Shown: positions 1-12,993 of the stretch, one piece after another
Numbering within the stretch: the first letter of the stretch is position 1
Layout of the letters: every line of letters starts with the position of its first letter
Source of the DNA: Vicugna vicugna
Taxonomy: Eukaryota
Length of the DNA stretch: 64,000 nt
Assembly: GCA_013265495.1 (NCBI GenBank)
Contig: MU058423.1
Location: 2,123,061-2,187,060, forward strand
Reading direction: 5' to 3'
Made by a program: the position numbers and the translations under genes
Notes under the pieces: model-generated
The model's database searches: none
What the model saw: only the letters and a program-made list of their open reading frames with translations
What the model was told of the DNA's origin: nothing

Positions 1-1795
1 CCAGAGACATGGCACACTGTTGACGGGCCAGTGTGCTCAGTGTCATCTTCTTTACAAAAGTGATACAGACCCACAGATCCTCATCCAAAAGCCTTGGAGC
101 CAGACTGGTTTGGGGAAGCAGGCTTTGTTTCTAACTCCATTTCAGAAAGGTAATGTTGTGCACATGCCACATAATTACACAGCACAACCAGCGAGGTCTG
201 GGGCAGCACCCCGCAATCAAACACACTGTACTTCTGCAGCAGAATATGAATATTCACACCAAGTGAGTCAATAAAGACTATAAATAGCCTCACATCTGTT
301 CAGGTCATTTTGCCACCAAATGAGTTAAGGGAGAAAGAAAAAAAACCTTGTTTTTCAGGGCTATTAGAATTTGGGCATTGTGGAGAAAAAAATAAGAAAC
401 TCTATATGCTCCTAATAGAAATTAGGAGATTATTAAAGAAAATGGAGAACAACATAGTCATAGTCCCCCTGGAAAAGGACTTCTGTACTTCCATTCTCCT
501 GGGTGGGGTGTTTTTTGTTTGTTTTTTTAATGATTCTCCCAGAAGGTTCCAGAAATGAGTGAGTTACTTATGCCTGGCAGGATGCCGGCATTCACTGTTG
601 TACACAGATGTCAGTCATGAAATTCCTACCAATTAGCTGGAACCTGGGCACCTCCCTCAGGCTAGAAACTGGACTTAATGGGATGGCTCTGGGTAGTCTG
701 CTATAAAGAGACTATAAAGAGACACAAGATTTTGTAAGAGAGGGTGGGTTGAGATGGACACAGCTCTGGCCATGTCATTTGAGTGTTAAAACATCTTTGA
801 TGGCTCCCCACTGTCTGCTGGAAAATCTTTTCCCATTCTGTGTTCTGAACACCCTAATTACTCTTCAAAAGTACCACGGTCTCATACTGCTAGCCTTTGC
901 CTAAGCTGTGCCCTCTGCCTAGAATTCCCTTCCTCCTTCTCACCTTCTGGTGAACTCCTATTTACTTCTCAAAACCCAGCACAAATATCAACTGCTCTTT
1001 GAAGCTTTGCCTGACTGCCTCTGGCAGAGCTAGCCGTGGGCTCTCACCGCTCCTGTCAGTACTCGCAGGACAGGCTTATTTGTCTGTCTTCCTTCTGATA
1101 CTTCGTGTTTGTTGGAGGGAGGGGCCCATCTCCTGCTCATCTTTGTGTGAGCAGTGCCTGCATGGCTCACAGGAGAGAAGGAAACAGTGGAGGACAAGAG
1201 AGAGACAGACAGAGGCTAACCTGTGTCTTTGAGGTGAGCTGAGCAAGAAGGACCAGACCAGGGGCTGTGAAGCTGGGCCAGCCTTTTTGTGCTAAGATGC
1301 AATCTTCTAGGACCAGAAGATCCTTAGGACTTTAAACCTGACTTTCTGAAAATGGCTACTTCAATCCTGGCATCCTTTCTTTCTCCTTTCCTTCTCTTCT
1401 TTCTCTCTCTAAAGTAATTATTCCCTTTTTTGATCTATGTCAGTCATTACTAAAGATTTTACAGAAAATCTAGGCCATGTGTGAGACCCAGACACATATC
1501 ATCATTAGGGTTTTCACTGCTCCCTAAACCTCAAACTAAGATGTGAATAAATTCCTAGGCCTAGGCACCATCAGGGCCAAATTTCATGAATGGAGGCAGC
1601 CACCTCAGGGAGGGCACCATAATCCCAAACTGCACCATCAGAGCTGGCCCTACAGTGTGGGGGATTTCTTGGAGGACAGGGTAGGACTGCCTAATATGCA
1701 ACAATTTGGGATGGAAACAAAAATTGTTTTTTGTTTGTCTGTATGTTAATATTGTATCTACTTGCTGTTCTTTTTCCATTTTTAAAAATTATGGG

Positions 1796-2058
1796 GTGGG
1801 AAGGGATAAATTGGGAGCTTGAGATTTGCAGATACTATTACATATAAAATAAACAGCAGGTTTCTACTGTATAGCACAGGGAATTATATTTAATATCTTA
1901 TAGTAACCTATAATGAAAAAGAGTATCAAAATGAATATAAGTATGTATATGTATGATTGAAACATTATGTTGTAGACCAGAAATTGACACAACATTGTAA
2001 ACTAACTAAACTTCAATTAAAAAAAAAAACTGAACCAAAAAATAAATAATTAAAAATT
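1796..2058 (+). mobile_element. 5'-truncated young L1 3' end with poly(A) and TSD
   Basis: L1 3'UTR ending gacacaacattgtaaact...cttcaatt(A)n. TSD AAAATTATGGG at 1785-1795 and 2059-2069. Confidence 0.85.
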
Positions 2059-4029
2059 AAAATTATGGGATATTGACTATAAAATGTACAAAAGGGGAGA
2101 AGATAGTGTAATAAACCCCCACATACCATCACCCAGCTTCAACAATTATCTGCACATGATCTTTCCTCCCAGCCACCTCTAGATTATTTTGAAATAAATT
2201 GATGGATCCAGATCTGACACTAAGGCTCCAGGAAAGCACCTGAGAGGGCCAAAGCTTGGCCTCGCTGTGAGTGGTCCCCGGACATCCCCTCTTCCAGCCT
2301 GCAGCATGGAGAGCACTCTTGCCAGGGGGGACAACCAGATGCCCTGTGCTCTAGGGGTAAAGATTCAGGCACCGGAGGACTGAATGCCTGTGTCCCTTGA
2401 ATTTAAACGAGTTCTTTCAGAATTCAGGCTTCATGATGCCTGATTTCAATAAGGTCCTGATTGTAGTGTCAACTGAGGATGAACCCGTGGCCGGACCTCA
2501 GGAAGCCCAGTGTCCTTTACAGACGTCAGGAGGTGGCTGCAAGAGGAAAGGCTTTCCCCATCCAAGACAAGGCTCACATCCTCCTCAGGGTGCCCGCCCT
2601 GAAGCAGAGTAGTGGCTTCCTGCCATTTCCTTGGCATGCAGCTGAGTCACTTCCTCACGCATGGAGCAAGGTGGCTCCACGGCATCTGATGCAGCGGCAC
2701 GAAGATGCTTTTAGAATCGAGGAGCAGCTGCTGAGCCCCAGCCTGCGCTGGTGCGTGACAGGAGCGCACGCCCTTGCTTCTCAGTGCGGTCAGCCGGGCA
2801 CCTGCTGGTGTGAGAGCCAGACGGGCCCACAAACACCAGATGGCACTGGAGCACCAGGTTTCTGCTGCCCAAGAACAGTGTCACCTTCACAAGGGAAGAG
2901 AAGAATAATGGCTCGTGCTAACCATGTGCTCTCTGCACCCGGGAGCAGCCCTACATGCTCACCTGAACGCTGTGAGGGAGCTGCCAGGGTTCACCCCATC
3001 TTGCAGCTGAGGAAACTGAGGCCCCGAGAGGCCAAGGAGCTTGCCTTCGCATGACTGAGTGATGAGCTGCCACCTCAACCAGATTGTCCAGCTCCAGAGC
3101 GTCCCCTCTGGTAACAAGGCTGGGCTGCCCTCGCCATCCTGCTCAGAGCCTTACTCTTTCTGTGGGAGTCACAAGTTCTCCCACTGACCCCTGCACTGGG
3201 CCCTTAGGACTTGCAGGGACCCCACTCCTCCTCACTAAGGAGAGCACACCCTTGACCCTGCAGCCAGTCTAGCTCACTGGGCAGGACCCCTCACTTGTTT
3301 AGACCCCAGGGGCTGCAAAGCAAGCGGATGCTCCCCCATGGCTCAGGTGGTGCTGGGCAGTCCCTGAAACATGGGTGTGGCTTCCATCTTGACTGACTGT
3401 AGGTACTGCAGTTACGTGGTTTAAAACTCAAAAGGCACAAGAGAGTGTCCTTTTCTTTACCCCTGTATTCCAGACACTCAGTGACTCTTCCTGGATGTAA
3501 CCACAGTCTCTTGCTTACTTTTCAGTGATATTTTATGTGTACCAGCAATATAGATAGCAATATAGAGATACATGCACACACATATCACACACACATATCT
3601 ACATGTGTGTGTGCATTCGTCCCCCCTTTTTTCCTACTGTCTACGCCAGAGATGTCCACCGCCTGTGCCTCCAGCCTTAGCACTTCCTCAGCGTGCTCAG
3701 TTGGGAACCCACAGGGTTCTGGGGCTCCTGGCAAGCTCCCCACTCTGCCCCTGCCCACTCATTGCCTCATCCCCACAGTCTGTCTAAGGGACCACCAGGT
3801 TGGGTCCTTGGTCCCAGGGCCCAGTTTAGCTCAGCTGCTGCCAGACATCCACGACTCCGGGGTCGTCTTCCCTCTTCTGGACTTCATCCCGGGATGGCTG
3901 GGTCTGTGCCCTGCTCTGACTCAAGCCTCCACACCTCCCTGGCTGCCCACACCTTGCCACCGGGCCCGTTCATCAGCACAATCCCCCATGGCCACGACCT
4001 GTCTCTGCACGTTCTCTTCACCTTCCAGC

Positions 4030-4445
4030 TGTGACTCAGCAGATTCACCTATTCTGGACATTTTTTATAAACAGAATCATAGAATATGTGGTCTTTTGTG
4101 ACCTGCTTCTTTCACTCAGCATAATGTCTTCAAGGTTCATCTACGCTGTAGCACGTACTTCATTCCTTTGTATCGCAGGCTAATATTCCATTGTATGAAT
4201 ATACTACCTTTTATTTTTCCATTCACCTGTTGATGGATATTTGATTTGTTTCTACTTTTTGGCTATTACAAATAATGCTGCTATGAACACTTGTGCACAA
4301 GATTTTGAACATATGTTTTCAGTTCTCTTGGATACGTGCCTAGGAATGGAATTGCTGGGTCATACGATAACCCTGCCTAACCTTTTGAGGAACTGCCAGA
4401 CTTTTCCACAGTGGCTGCACCATTTGACAGTCCCACCAGCAATAA
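4030..4445 (-). mobile_element. Old L1M (MB/MC/ME-type) fragment
   Basis: cttctttcactcagcataatgtcttcaaggttcatc...aataatgctgctatgaacac...ggaattgctgggtcata, typical antisense L1M. Related pieces at ~3410-3620 and ~6005-6175. Confidence 0.75.
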
Positions 4446-4489
4446 ATAATGGATTCTTTTTAGCATCACGTGAAACTCTGAAATAACAC

Positions 4490-6003
4490 CCTTGATACCA
4501 TGATCCTCTCCAGTTACCATCCCATTTCTCACTCCTCTGCTCCCCTTACACAAAAACTTTTGAAAATAAGTGGTTCCTATTACTTGTCTCCAGTCTCACA
4601 CCTCCCATCTTCCCTTGCCCCCAATGCTTTTAGACTTTGTCCCCAGAACTCCACCAAAATAGCTGTCAAGGTACCAGTGACCCTGCTGTTACCAAGTGCA
4701 TTGGCCATTTCTTAGTCCTCATCACCTGACCTTTCGACTGCTTTGGACATGACTGACCACTCCCTCTTTCTTAAAGCACTTTCTCTACTTGGCCTCTGGA
4801 ATGGACCTTTTTCTCTGTCTCTCTCTCCTTTCCTCCTCCTCCTCCATTAACTATCTCTTCCCCAGCCTCTGAACTCTGGGACCCCAGTGCTCAGTGTTCA
4901 GTACTCCTCTGCCTACATTTGCTCTCCAGGTGAACCAGTCCATGACTTTAAATTCTCTGACTCCCAAATTTATACTTCCACCTGCCCTCCAGACTCATCC
5001 ATCCAACCATCTACTCAAGATCTCCACTTGGGTACCTCCTAGATATTTTAGACCTCCCATGTTCAAAACATTACTCTTAGTGTTTCCCACCAAACCTGCC
5101 CCTACAATGTCTTCCCCCATCTCCACGAATGTCAACGCTACCCTTCCAGTCACTCAAGCAAAAGGCTGTGCTGTCATTCTTGACAGCCCCTCTCTCTCAC
5201 ACCTCACAGTCAATCCAACAGCAAATCCTGTTGACTCTACTTTTTAGATAAATCCTCAGTCTGACCACATCTCATCATTTCCGTTGACATCACCTGGGCT
5301 CCAACCACAGTCACCTCCCACTGGATGAATTCTAGCCCCTGGGTGAATTCACCTGGATGGACCTTCTAGCAGATCTCCCTGCTGTACCCTTGCCCCCCAG
5401 GTTCTCTATGGCAGCCAGAGTGATCCTTCGAAGATGGAAGTCAGATCATATCACTCCACTGCTCAGAGTTCTCCGATGGCTCCTATTCACACAAAGTAAA
5501 CACCAGAGTCCTCACCTAGCCTACGAGACCCTCCTGGTGTGGCTCCCCACTGCCCCCTTGGCCACATGTCCTACCTCTCTCCCCTCCCATTCCGGCCACA
5601 TCAGCCTCCTAGAGTATGCCAGACACGTTCAACCTCAAGGGCTTTTCATTTATTGTTCTCTCTGTTTGGAATGGAAAGTGCTACTTCCAGTATCCATGGC
5701 CACGCCTCCGTCAAGTCATCACTCAAATGTCCATTTCCCAGGGGGCCCTTCCATGAGCACGCAGATCAGCAACCCCACTCCCCAGTGCCCCTAATCCTTC
5801 TTTCTCTGCTTCATCTTTCTCCTTAGCAACACCATCCAACAACTCCTTTATCTCTTATTATCTGTCTCCCTTCACTAAAATATAAGCTCCAACAGGGCCG
5901 GGAATTTTGTCTGCTTTGTTCTCTGCTGGATCCCAGGACACACAGCAGTGCCTAGAAAATAACAGGAATTCAGTGAACCTTTATTAAATAAAGGAATAAA
6001 TGC
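4490..6003 (+). mobile_element. L2 (L2a-like) long fragment
   Basis: Pyrimidine-rich L2 RT/3'UTR sequence (gccagagtgatcctt, tcagatcatatcactcc, taagctccaacagggc...) ending in an L2-type tail. Confidence 0.8.
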
Positions 6004-7299
6004 ATGATGGTCATTTGAGTTGTTTTCACTCTTTTGCTACTAAAACAAATGCTGCAATGACCAATATTGTATACAGACCATTTTGTTTGAGTTGAGTACA
6101 TCCATAGGACAAATTCTACAAGTGGAATTGCTGGGCCAAGGGATGTGAACAGTTCTAATTTTGATAAACATTCCCTGGAAGTTTTGGTGGTTAGAAAATC
6201 TACCCTAATCTATGAGTAAATCACGTGATTAATTATCTGGTACCCCTTGACTTGGGTTTTTAACTGGATGGAAAGAATAATCCAGAAAGAAGTAGCCCGA
6301 GGAATTCAAGAAATCTGTTAGCCATTAACATGAGTGACTGTCCCATCAAAGGTACCTGTGGGTTATCATGGTATCCTGGCCACATTGTATTCATCACACC
6401 CGGTAACTGCCTAGAGACATGGACTGAAAGCCCAGGTCCTCCAGCTTGGATGGTTCCTGATGTTGGAAAGCTTTGTAGGAGGGGGCATCCCTCAGGTTAT
6501 TCAGCATATCCATGGAGAGCCTGTGCTTCTTTCAGGTGGGATTCTGAGATATCCTGGCCAAAAGTCTTCTTGGACTCTGCCACAGCTGCCAAATGGCATA
6601 ACCCCGGGTGATGTCATTTACATTGTGGTCGATATGAACGGAGCAGTGCACAGGCCGGGCAGCTGTGTGTGGTGACCCTGGCACTCTATAGCACTAAACT
6701 AGAACAAGGATTAGATGTGGTGCCAGGGTTCCTCACATCTCACCAGTCCCATGCTGAAACAGACACAGCTCTGCAACAGTGGTTTGCCATGCATGTATGG
6801 ACAGACAGATGACTGTGTCTGACAGTGGATCCACACTTTTTGCAGATGGCTGGGAGGGATCTGTAAATAGGAATTTCACCCTAGCCATCACTGCTGGCTC
6901 TGCCTGCCTAAAACAAACAGGGGAACAGGCTGTGAAGGAGACCCCTGACAGAGGGGTTTGGCTTCTGAGGCCCTCAAGCCTCCCCCTCCCAGCTCAATAC
7001 ATCCCTTCAGAGTCAAGGGCAGGAGGTGCCCCATGAAATTGTTCAGTGGACAGGGTCTCAAGATGGGCCCGATAAGCTCTATCCAGATTGCAAGTCACAA
7101 GAGCTAGATGGGCCAAGGGCCACACCTGCTGATTCTTGGTGACCTGGATTCTCTACGGCCATCTGGATTTGATTCCTTTAAGCTTCACCTCATGAAGACT
7201 CTGGGCCTCTGCAAATGCTGGAGTGGAACCACACTGTTTCCTGAACATCCAGGGAAAGGTTTAGGAAGGGACCACCCCCCTCTGTTGTTCAAAGTACAC

Positions 7300-7960
7300 A
7301 TCATCCATTTTGCATCCATCTGATTGGTAAAAATTGCAGTCTAACAAATGTGGAGCAACTGGGACTTTCATATACAACTGGCAGAAGTGTTAATACATGC
7401 AGCCACTTTGGAGAGCAATTTGGCCAACACCTAGTAAAACTGGAGATATGCATACCCTTTGAGACAGCAATTCCACTCTGAAACACACACACCCTAGAGA
7501 AACACGTGCACATGAAGACCTGTGTAATAATGCTTATTGCAGCATGGTTAGAAATGGTGAGAACTAGAAATGATCATCAATTAGAGAATGAATAAATACA
7601 CTTTAGTATAGTGCTACAGTGGACTACAATCCAGCAGTGAAAATGGATGCATTACAGCTACATATATCAATATAGCTAAACCCCCCAAAACAATATTGAG
7701 TAATAATAAAAGCAAGTTGCAGAAGGTTGCATATATAATATGATGCCATTTATGCAAAGATCAAAAGTATGAACGAGTGCTATATGTTGTTTATGGATAC
7801 ACATATATGTATTACAAAATATAGTTAATATATCTAATACATTTAAAATGTGTTAGTGGGATAAACCCCAAATTCAAGATAGTAGTTATGTTTGGGAAGG
7901 GAAAGGAATGTGGTCGGGGAAGCTACACAGGCACTTTTATGGCATGTAATATTTTATTCC
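7300..7960 (+). mobile_element. Old L1M fragment, interrupted by the younger L1 at 7981
   Basis: gcagccactttggagagcaatttggc...cagcaattccactc, L1M 3' sequence. Confidence 0.7.
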
Positions 7961-7980
7961 TCAAGAATGTTTATTATATT

Positions 7981-8470
7981 CCTTAAAAAACTGAAAATAG
8001 ACTTACTGTATGATCCAGCAATCCCACTCCTGGGCATATATCCAGAGGAAACTCTAATTTGAAAAGATAGACACACCCCAATGTTCATAGCCAAGACATG
8101 GAAGCAACCTAAATGTCCACTGGCAGATGACTGGATAAAGAAGATGTGGTATATATACACAATGGAATACTACTCAGCCATAAAAAAGAATGAAATAATG
8201 TCATTTGCAGCAACATGGATGGACCTGGAGATCATCATACTAAGTGAAGTAAGCCAGAAAGAGAAAGAAAAATACCGTATGATATCACTTATATGTGGAA
8301 TCTAAAAAAAAAAGACACAAATGAACTTATTTACAAAACAAAGACAGACAGATTCATAGATGTAGAAAACAAACTTATAGTTACCAGGGGGAAAGAGGGT
8401 GGGAAGGGATAAACTGGGAGTTCAGGATTTGTAGATACTAACTACATTTTAATTAAAAATCCTTCAAAAA
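7981..8470 (+). mobile_element. Young L1 3' fragment (ORF2 end plus 3'UTR) with internal deletions
   Basis: Translates to L1 ORF2 C-terminus IAKTWKQPKCP...WIKKMWYIYTMEYYSAIKKNEIMSFAATWMDLEIIILSEVSQ. Probable TSD aagaat(g/a)tttat at 7963 and 8471. Confidence 0.9.
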
Positions 8471-10167
8471 AAGAATATTTATTATATTATTATATGTGGG
8501 CCTGAGATGTTTCATTTAAAAAGATGGTTTAAAGAGTGAATCAGAAGGCGAGCAGCATTGTGTGTGCTGGGACTGCTGATCTCACGAATTGGTTCCCTGG
8601 CTTCTGGAGTTACATACCAGCTCTCTTCACATCGCCAAGGGGCCCATTTGGGGATCTGTGTGAATCGTCCCACTGATGAACATCTCCAGAGTATATCATT
8701 TTCTCATAAAATTCAACAAAGTAGAACTGAAAGACTCCAGTGAACACACTAGACTGATCATGATTCTAGAAATACAGTTGCATTCATTCATAAAAATAAT
8801 TGGCTTTCTTCTCATGGCTGTTTTCCCCCAAAGAAACCAAGTTTGCATTTTTCTCTTCTTTATCAGACATCACATGTTCACAACAACCCTACGCCAGCCA
8901 AGTGGCTCGAGAGTCACACTCATGCCCCAGGAGATTCGCTAAGTGCTTCATAAAGTGGACCTCTGTCGTTCACGTGGAAATCTCAGATGTTATATGCAAG
9001 GATGCTGAGGGGCAATCATGCCCTGTCTGGTGAATAGGGAGTGGCATGTGTCCTGTCCGCGGCCACCCTACAAACACCAGGAGCCACTCGCAGTTGCAAA
9101 GCAGGGGAATTGGGAGGGAATGGGGATTTCCTACCCCACTAGATCTGGATTCTTTTCCCTGTGTCATTTGTACGAACTTTCTGTGTAAGCATTAGTGCTC
9201 AGGCATGAGACAGCACTATTGAGGGACAATATGGATGGCCTTGAGCTGGCCTGGTGGGGTTCTGACCCTGTGCCTGTGGGCTGGAGCCCAGGCCCCTGAT
9301 GTTGCTTATCGATCAGCTGGCATTTGGAGGCGGACTTCCCAGCCTGCCTGCTGGGGTGACTAATGCACATTGTTTGGGGTTACTTTGAAGGGCATAACAA
9401 TCTGCATTTGAAATTCTCTTCTTCCTCAGTGGCCTGGCTTATGCCAACTGTGCCTAGTGGTTTGAAGGGCAATAGAGAGGCATGGCCACCAGGTGGGCAG
9501 AGACCACCGTTAGGAAACTGGGTGGCCCTCTTGAGGACGCCTGTGCCCCTGCAGCAGCCCTGTGAAACGAGCCCATCTTGCTCGGCCCCTCACTGGGCTG
9601 GTGGGAAGAATACATGAGAGGCGACATGGATGGCTTTGGTAAGGGTCCAATCACTGTGCATGTGGTCTCTGATCTTTAATAAGATAATTAACTCACTCCC
9701 CTGATTTGGGTACAAGCTGGGATTTTCAGAGAGCTTTTTTCTCTCAAGCATCCTCGTGGTTCCTGCTATCACAGATTCACTCAGTGAACGCCCACTCCCT
9801 GTCCCCAAGCCCCAGCCAAACCTGACTTCCCACCATCGCCTCAGGCACACCCAGTGCGTTTCTATTCTTGCTGATATGGTTCCTCTGACCGCAGTGTCCT
9901 ACTGCTGCCCACTGAAATCCTACCTGCTCCCTAAGGCTTGTTTCAGATGTCATCTCTTCCCCTGAAGCTTCTGATTTCACCCATATGATGTGCTGTCCCT
10001 CTCCTTGGAATCGTGAGGGCAGTGCCCATGCCTGCTTCCCTGGTGCCTCCCTCCAGCACCTGACACAGTGCCTAACATGCAGAAGATCTTCAGTGAGTGT
10101 TACACTGCATGAAACGGATGAGGCCCCGTGGAGCTGTTGGTGCTCGCCGGGAGCCTGAGACCCTTAC

Positions 10168-10278
10168 CTTGGGAGTGAACATGTGTAGGATGCCATCGAT
10201 GGCCCCTCGCAGCAGCAGCCCCCGGACCAGGAAGCAGGCCAGCACCACGTAGGGGAAGAGGGAGCTGAAATACATCAC
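10168..10278 (-). CDS. SLC6A17: SLC6A17 coding exon 6 (111 bp), [37 protein letters not shown]; the gene continues beyond the left edge of the window
   Basis: SLC6 (sodium:neurotransmitter symporter) transmembrane segment. Acceptor ctgcag|GTGATG at 10280-10279, donor AAG|gtaagg at 10167. Phase 0/0 fits exon 5. Confidence 0.96.
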
Positions 10279-10894
10279 CTGCAGAGAGGACAGGGACCCA
10301 CTGTGGGGCAGAGCCCCTCCAGCAGCTGGCCCCCTCCTCCCTGCTCCCAGCTGGTGCACACGCGCCTCCTCTGATGGCAGCAGAAAGCAGAGCCCTGGAA
10401 CCCCTGGGCACGGGGCCAAACCCACGGCGCATCTGGCATTGAGCCAAGGCAGAAGCAGGCACACAGACAAGCTGGAGTCAGCACGGCTGGGCCTGATGTT
10501 TGTTTTCTCCTTTCAAGGGCTGGTGGAGCTGGCCCGCAGCTTCCCCACCCACAAGGGCCGCCAAAGGGGTGAGGACCCCTTTGCTCTCTCCTCATCATTG
10601 TTTCATGGCTCATGCTTGCTGTTCGGTCCCTGACTCCAGGGAACCCCACAAGGATCTCCCCTGTCCTTAGAGCTCCTTTGACACAAGGCACCCAGGAGGG
10701 TATAGGCACGGCTCCTAAGCAAAAGCATCAGAAAAGCTGCCCCTGTGCCTGTGATTGTAGGTCATGTGCTATTTTCTAGCACGTGCATTTCTTGAACATT
10801 TCTCTATGCCTGTGTATCTGGCACAAAGCCTCCCACAAAGGAGTTGCTTACGGAAGTTTGCTGCACTGAAACAAATCAAGAGAGCTGGTTTGGG

Positions 10895-11115
10895 AGGATG
10901 GTGTCGAGGTCATAAGAGTGCATGTCCAGAGCTGGACCACCTGCGTTCTGATCCTGGCTCTACCGTCTTCCAACCGGGTGACCTTGAGCTATTCATTGAA
11001 CCTCAGTTCCTCATCTATAAAGTGGGTATAATAATTCCTAACTCTTAAGGTTGTTGTGGCAAATGCATTCATACATGTGGCCATGCCTGATCGGCGCCAC
11101 AAAGTGCTAGCTACT
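10895..11115 (+). mobile_element. MIR SINE
   Basis: tcctggctctacc...gggtgaccttgagc...cctcagttcctcatctataaagtggg core. A second MIR lies at ~11235-11375. Confidence 0.7.
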
Positions 11116-11946
11116 GTTTTGGCCGTTGGAGAGAGAAGAGGTGGTGTCTAAGACCACCCTACCTTTCCAGGGCATAGCTTCCCCTGCTCTTCAAATCCAG
11201 CAAAGAGCCCAGAGCCCCAGACAGACAGCCAGCCAGGGTTCTAGTTCTAGCCCTGAGACTGGCTGCCTGATCTCAGGTGAGGTACTTTCGCCTCTCTGGG
11301 CCTCAGTTTCTTCATCTGTGAAATGAGTGGATCGGGCTATGGGATCTCCAGCACCATTTCCAGCCCCAGCAGTCCATGAATACTGATACGTGACAAAGAA
11401 AGGGCCTTTATTTGAAGGGAATCTGACCTGCTGTAAGAAGGTGTGTGGGTCTTGGCTGGTCTGTACCCTAAGAGGTCACCAAGGCCTCCTTCACTCCCAG
11501 CACCCAACCACTCACAGAGCCCGTTAGTTGTTGATACAGGGAGCTGTTGGTTTTCACCAAAAGCTGCTGAGCAAAATTCTCTAGAGCTTCTGCTAGGGAA
11601 GCCCAGGGACCAGGATCTAGACGATGTCCCAGCTCAACACTCCCAGTTTTCCTTCTCTTTGAAACTTGCACAGCAGGCCTGAGCTATCCGAGCAAGGAGG
11701 CAGCTGGGTTCAAAGCAGTGATTTTCCGCAAGTCCACTCCTGGCAGGCTGCCCACAGGGAACAGTACAATACATCCTCTCCTCATCTCCTCGGGGGCTGT
11801 GTCATCATCCTGAGCCAACCAGAGGCCAAGCCTGCCCAAAGAACCCTGCAGGGGCGACCCAGAGTTCTCCACCCACTGCCCTCCACGCTTTTCTCCCGTA
11901 TCCCCTCCCCCCATGTGGGTGTGGTTGCCACCCCTGCCCCACTCAC

Positions 11947-12128
11947 CTTCCCCGAAGACTGGATGCCCTTGACAACGGCCATACCCACGATGCTCCAGGC
12001 CACAAGGAGGCACAGGGTCATCTTCCAGTTGAGGCCCCCACTCTCCGAGATGGAGTTGGAGATGTCCAAGGCCTCTCGGTACCAGAAGTAGGTAGTGGCT
12101 GAGCTCTTTTCACACTCTGCCTCCACCA
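11947..12128 (-). CDS. SLC6A17: SLC6A17 coding exon 5 (182 bp), (V)[60 protein letters not shown]
   Basis: Extracellular loop 2 and TM4 of the SLC6 family. Acceptor atttcag|TGGTGG, donor AAG|gtgagt at 11946-11941. Frame continuous with exons 4 and 6. Confidence 0.96.
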
Positions 12129-12866
12129 CTGAAATGACAGCAAAGTCCACAGGGCCTCAGTGGCAGAGCTGTGGGACCCCCTCTGCTGGACCCCCAACCT
12201 GAGCAGCCGGGCCTGGGTAGCAGAAGGGGACTGTATTGTTCTGGGTCAGCCAGAATCTGGCAGACCCTGAGGACTCTCCAAGGGAGGCTTCAGGATACAC
12301 TGATCTGACTGGATTCCCACTTATGTCATCCCCCTGCCTATGTCCATCCGTGGAGGGCAGTAAGGGTTAGGCAGAACTGGCCTCAAGTTCCTTGGGAAAC
12401 TGAGCCAGGAGCTGGAGACCTGGATTCCCATCCTAGATCCTTGGTTAACTCAGTGGTGTGACCATGGGACAGTTGCTTCTGGGCCTCAGTTTACCCATCT
12501 GTGAGGTCAGACAAATCATGCAGCCCTTTATAGGACTGGAATGCAAATTAAGATTGTTTCCAGATTGGCTGGTGTTAAGAGTAATATAGGGGTAGTTAAT
12601 AACAACTAAACAGAAGTCACAATTTCCAGAGTTTTACCTACACCCACTATTTCACTCCATCTCCATAAGAACTCTCTGGGATAGGCTGGCGAGAGGTCAT
12701 CAGAAGGGGAAATGAGGATCAGAGAGGGTAGGTGGCTTATTCAAGGTGATACAGCAAGTCAGTGAAATCCAGAATCTGTGCCTTAGCCTCTTAGGCTCCT
12801 TCAGCTCCTTCAGGGACAGAGCTGGCTGGAATCCCCAGCTGGGTTCCTAGGAGGAGCCATACTTGC

Positions 12867-12993
12867 CTGTCACGGTCCCATTCCTGAAGACAGGGCACTC
12901 ACTCCAGGGCAGTGGGTACTGGAAGGACTTGAAGAAGTAGAAGATGCTCCATCCGATGATCACATTATAATACAGCCCAACAAAGAGGCAGAC
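12867..12993 (-). CDS. SLC6A17: SLC6A17 coding exon 4 (127 bp), [42 protein letters not shown]
   Basis: TM3 YYNVII motif and LPWSEC. Acceptor ccacag|GTCTGC; non-canonical donor CAG|gcaagt at 12866-12861, the only nearby donor that keeps frame. Confidence 0.95.

Noticed and set aside
2390..3054. Coding-looking stretch and 191-aa ORF in intron 6 (similar impressions at ~6250-6700 and ~8550-9030)
   Set aside because: Partial manual translation on both strands gave no recognisable family and no match to SLC6A17 exon 7. A tblastx/HMMER search would be needed to exclude a decayed nested pseudogene.
8081..8305. 74-aa ORF with a recognisable protein motif
   Set aside because: C-terminal remnant of L1 ORF2 in a truncated element, not a host gene.
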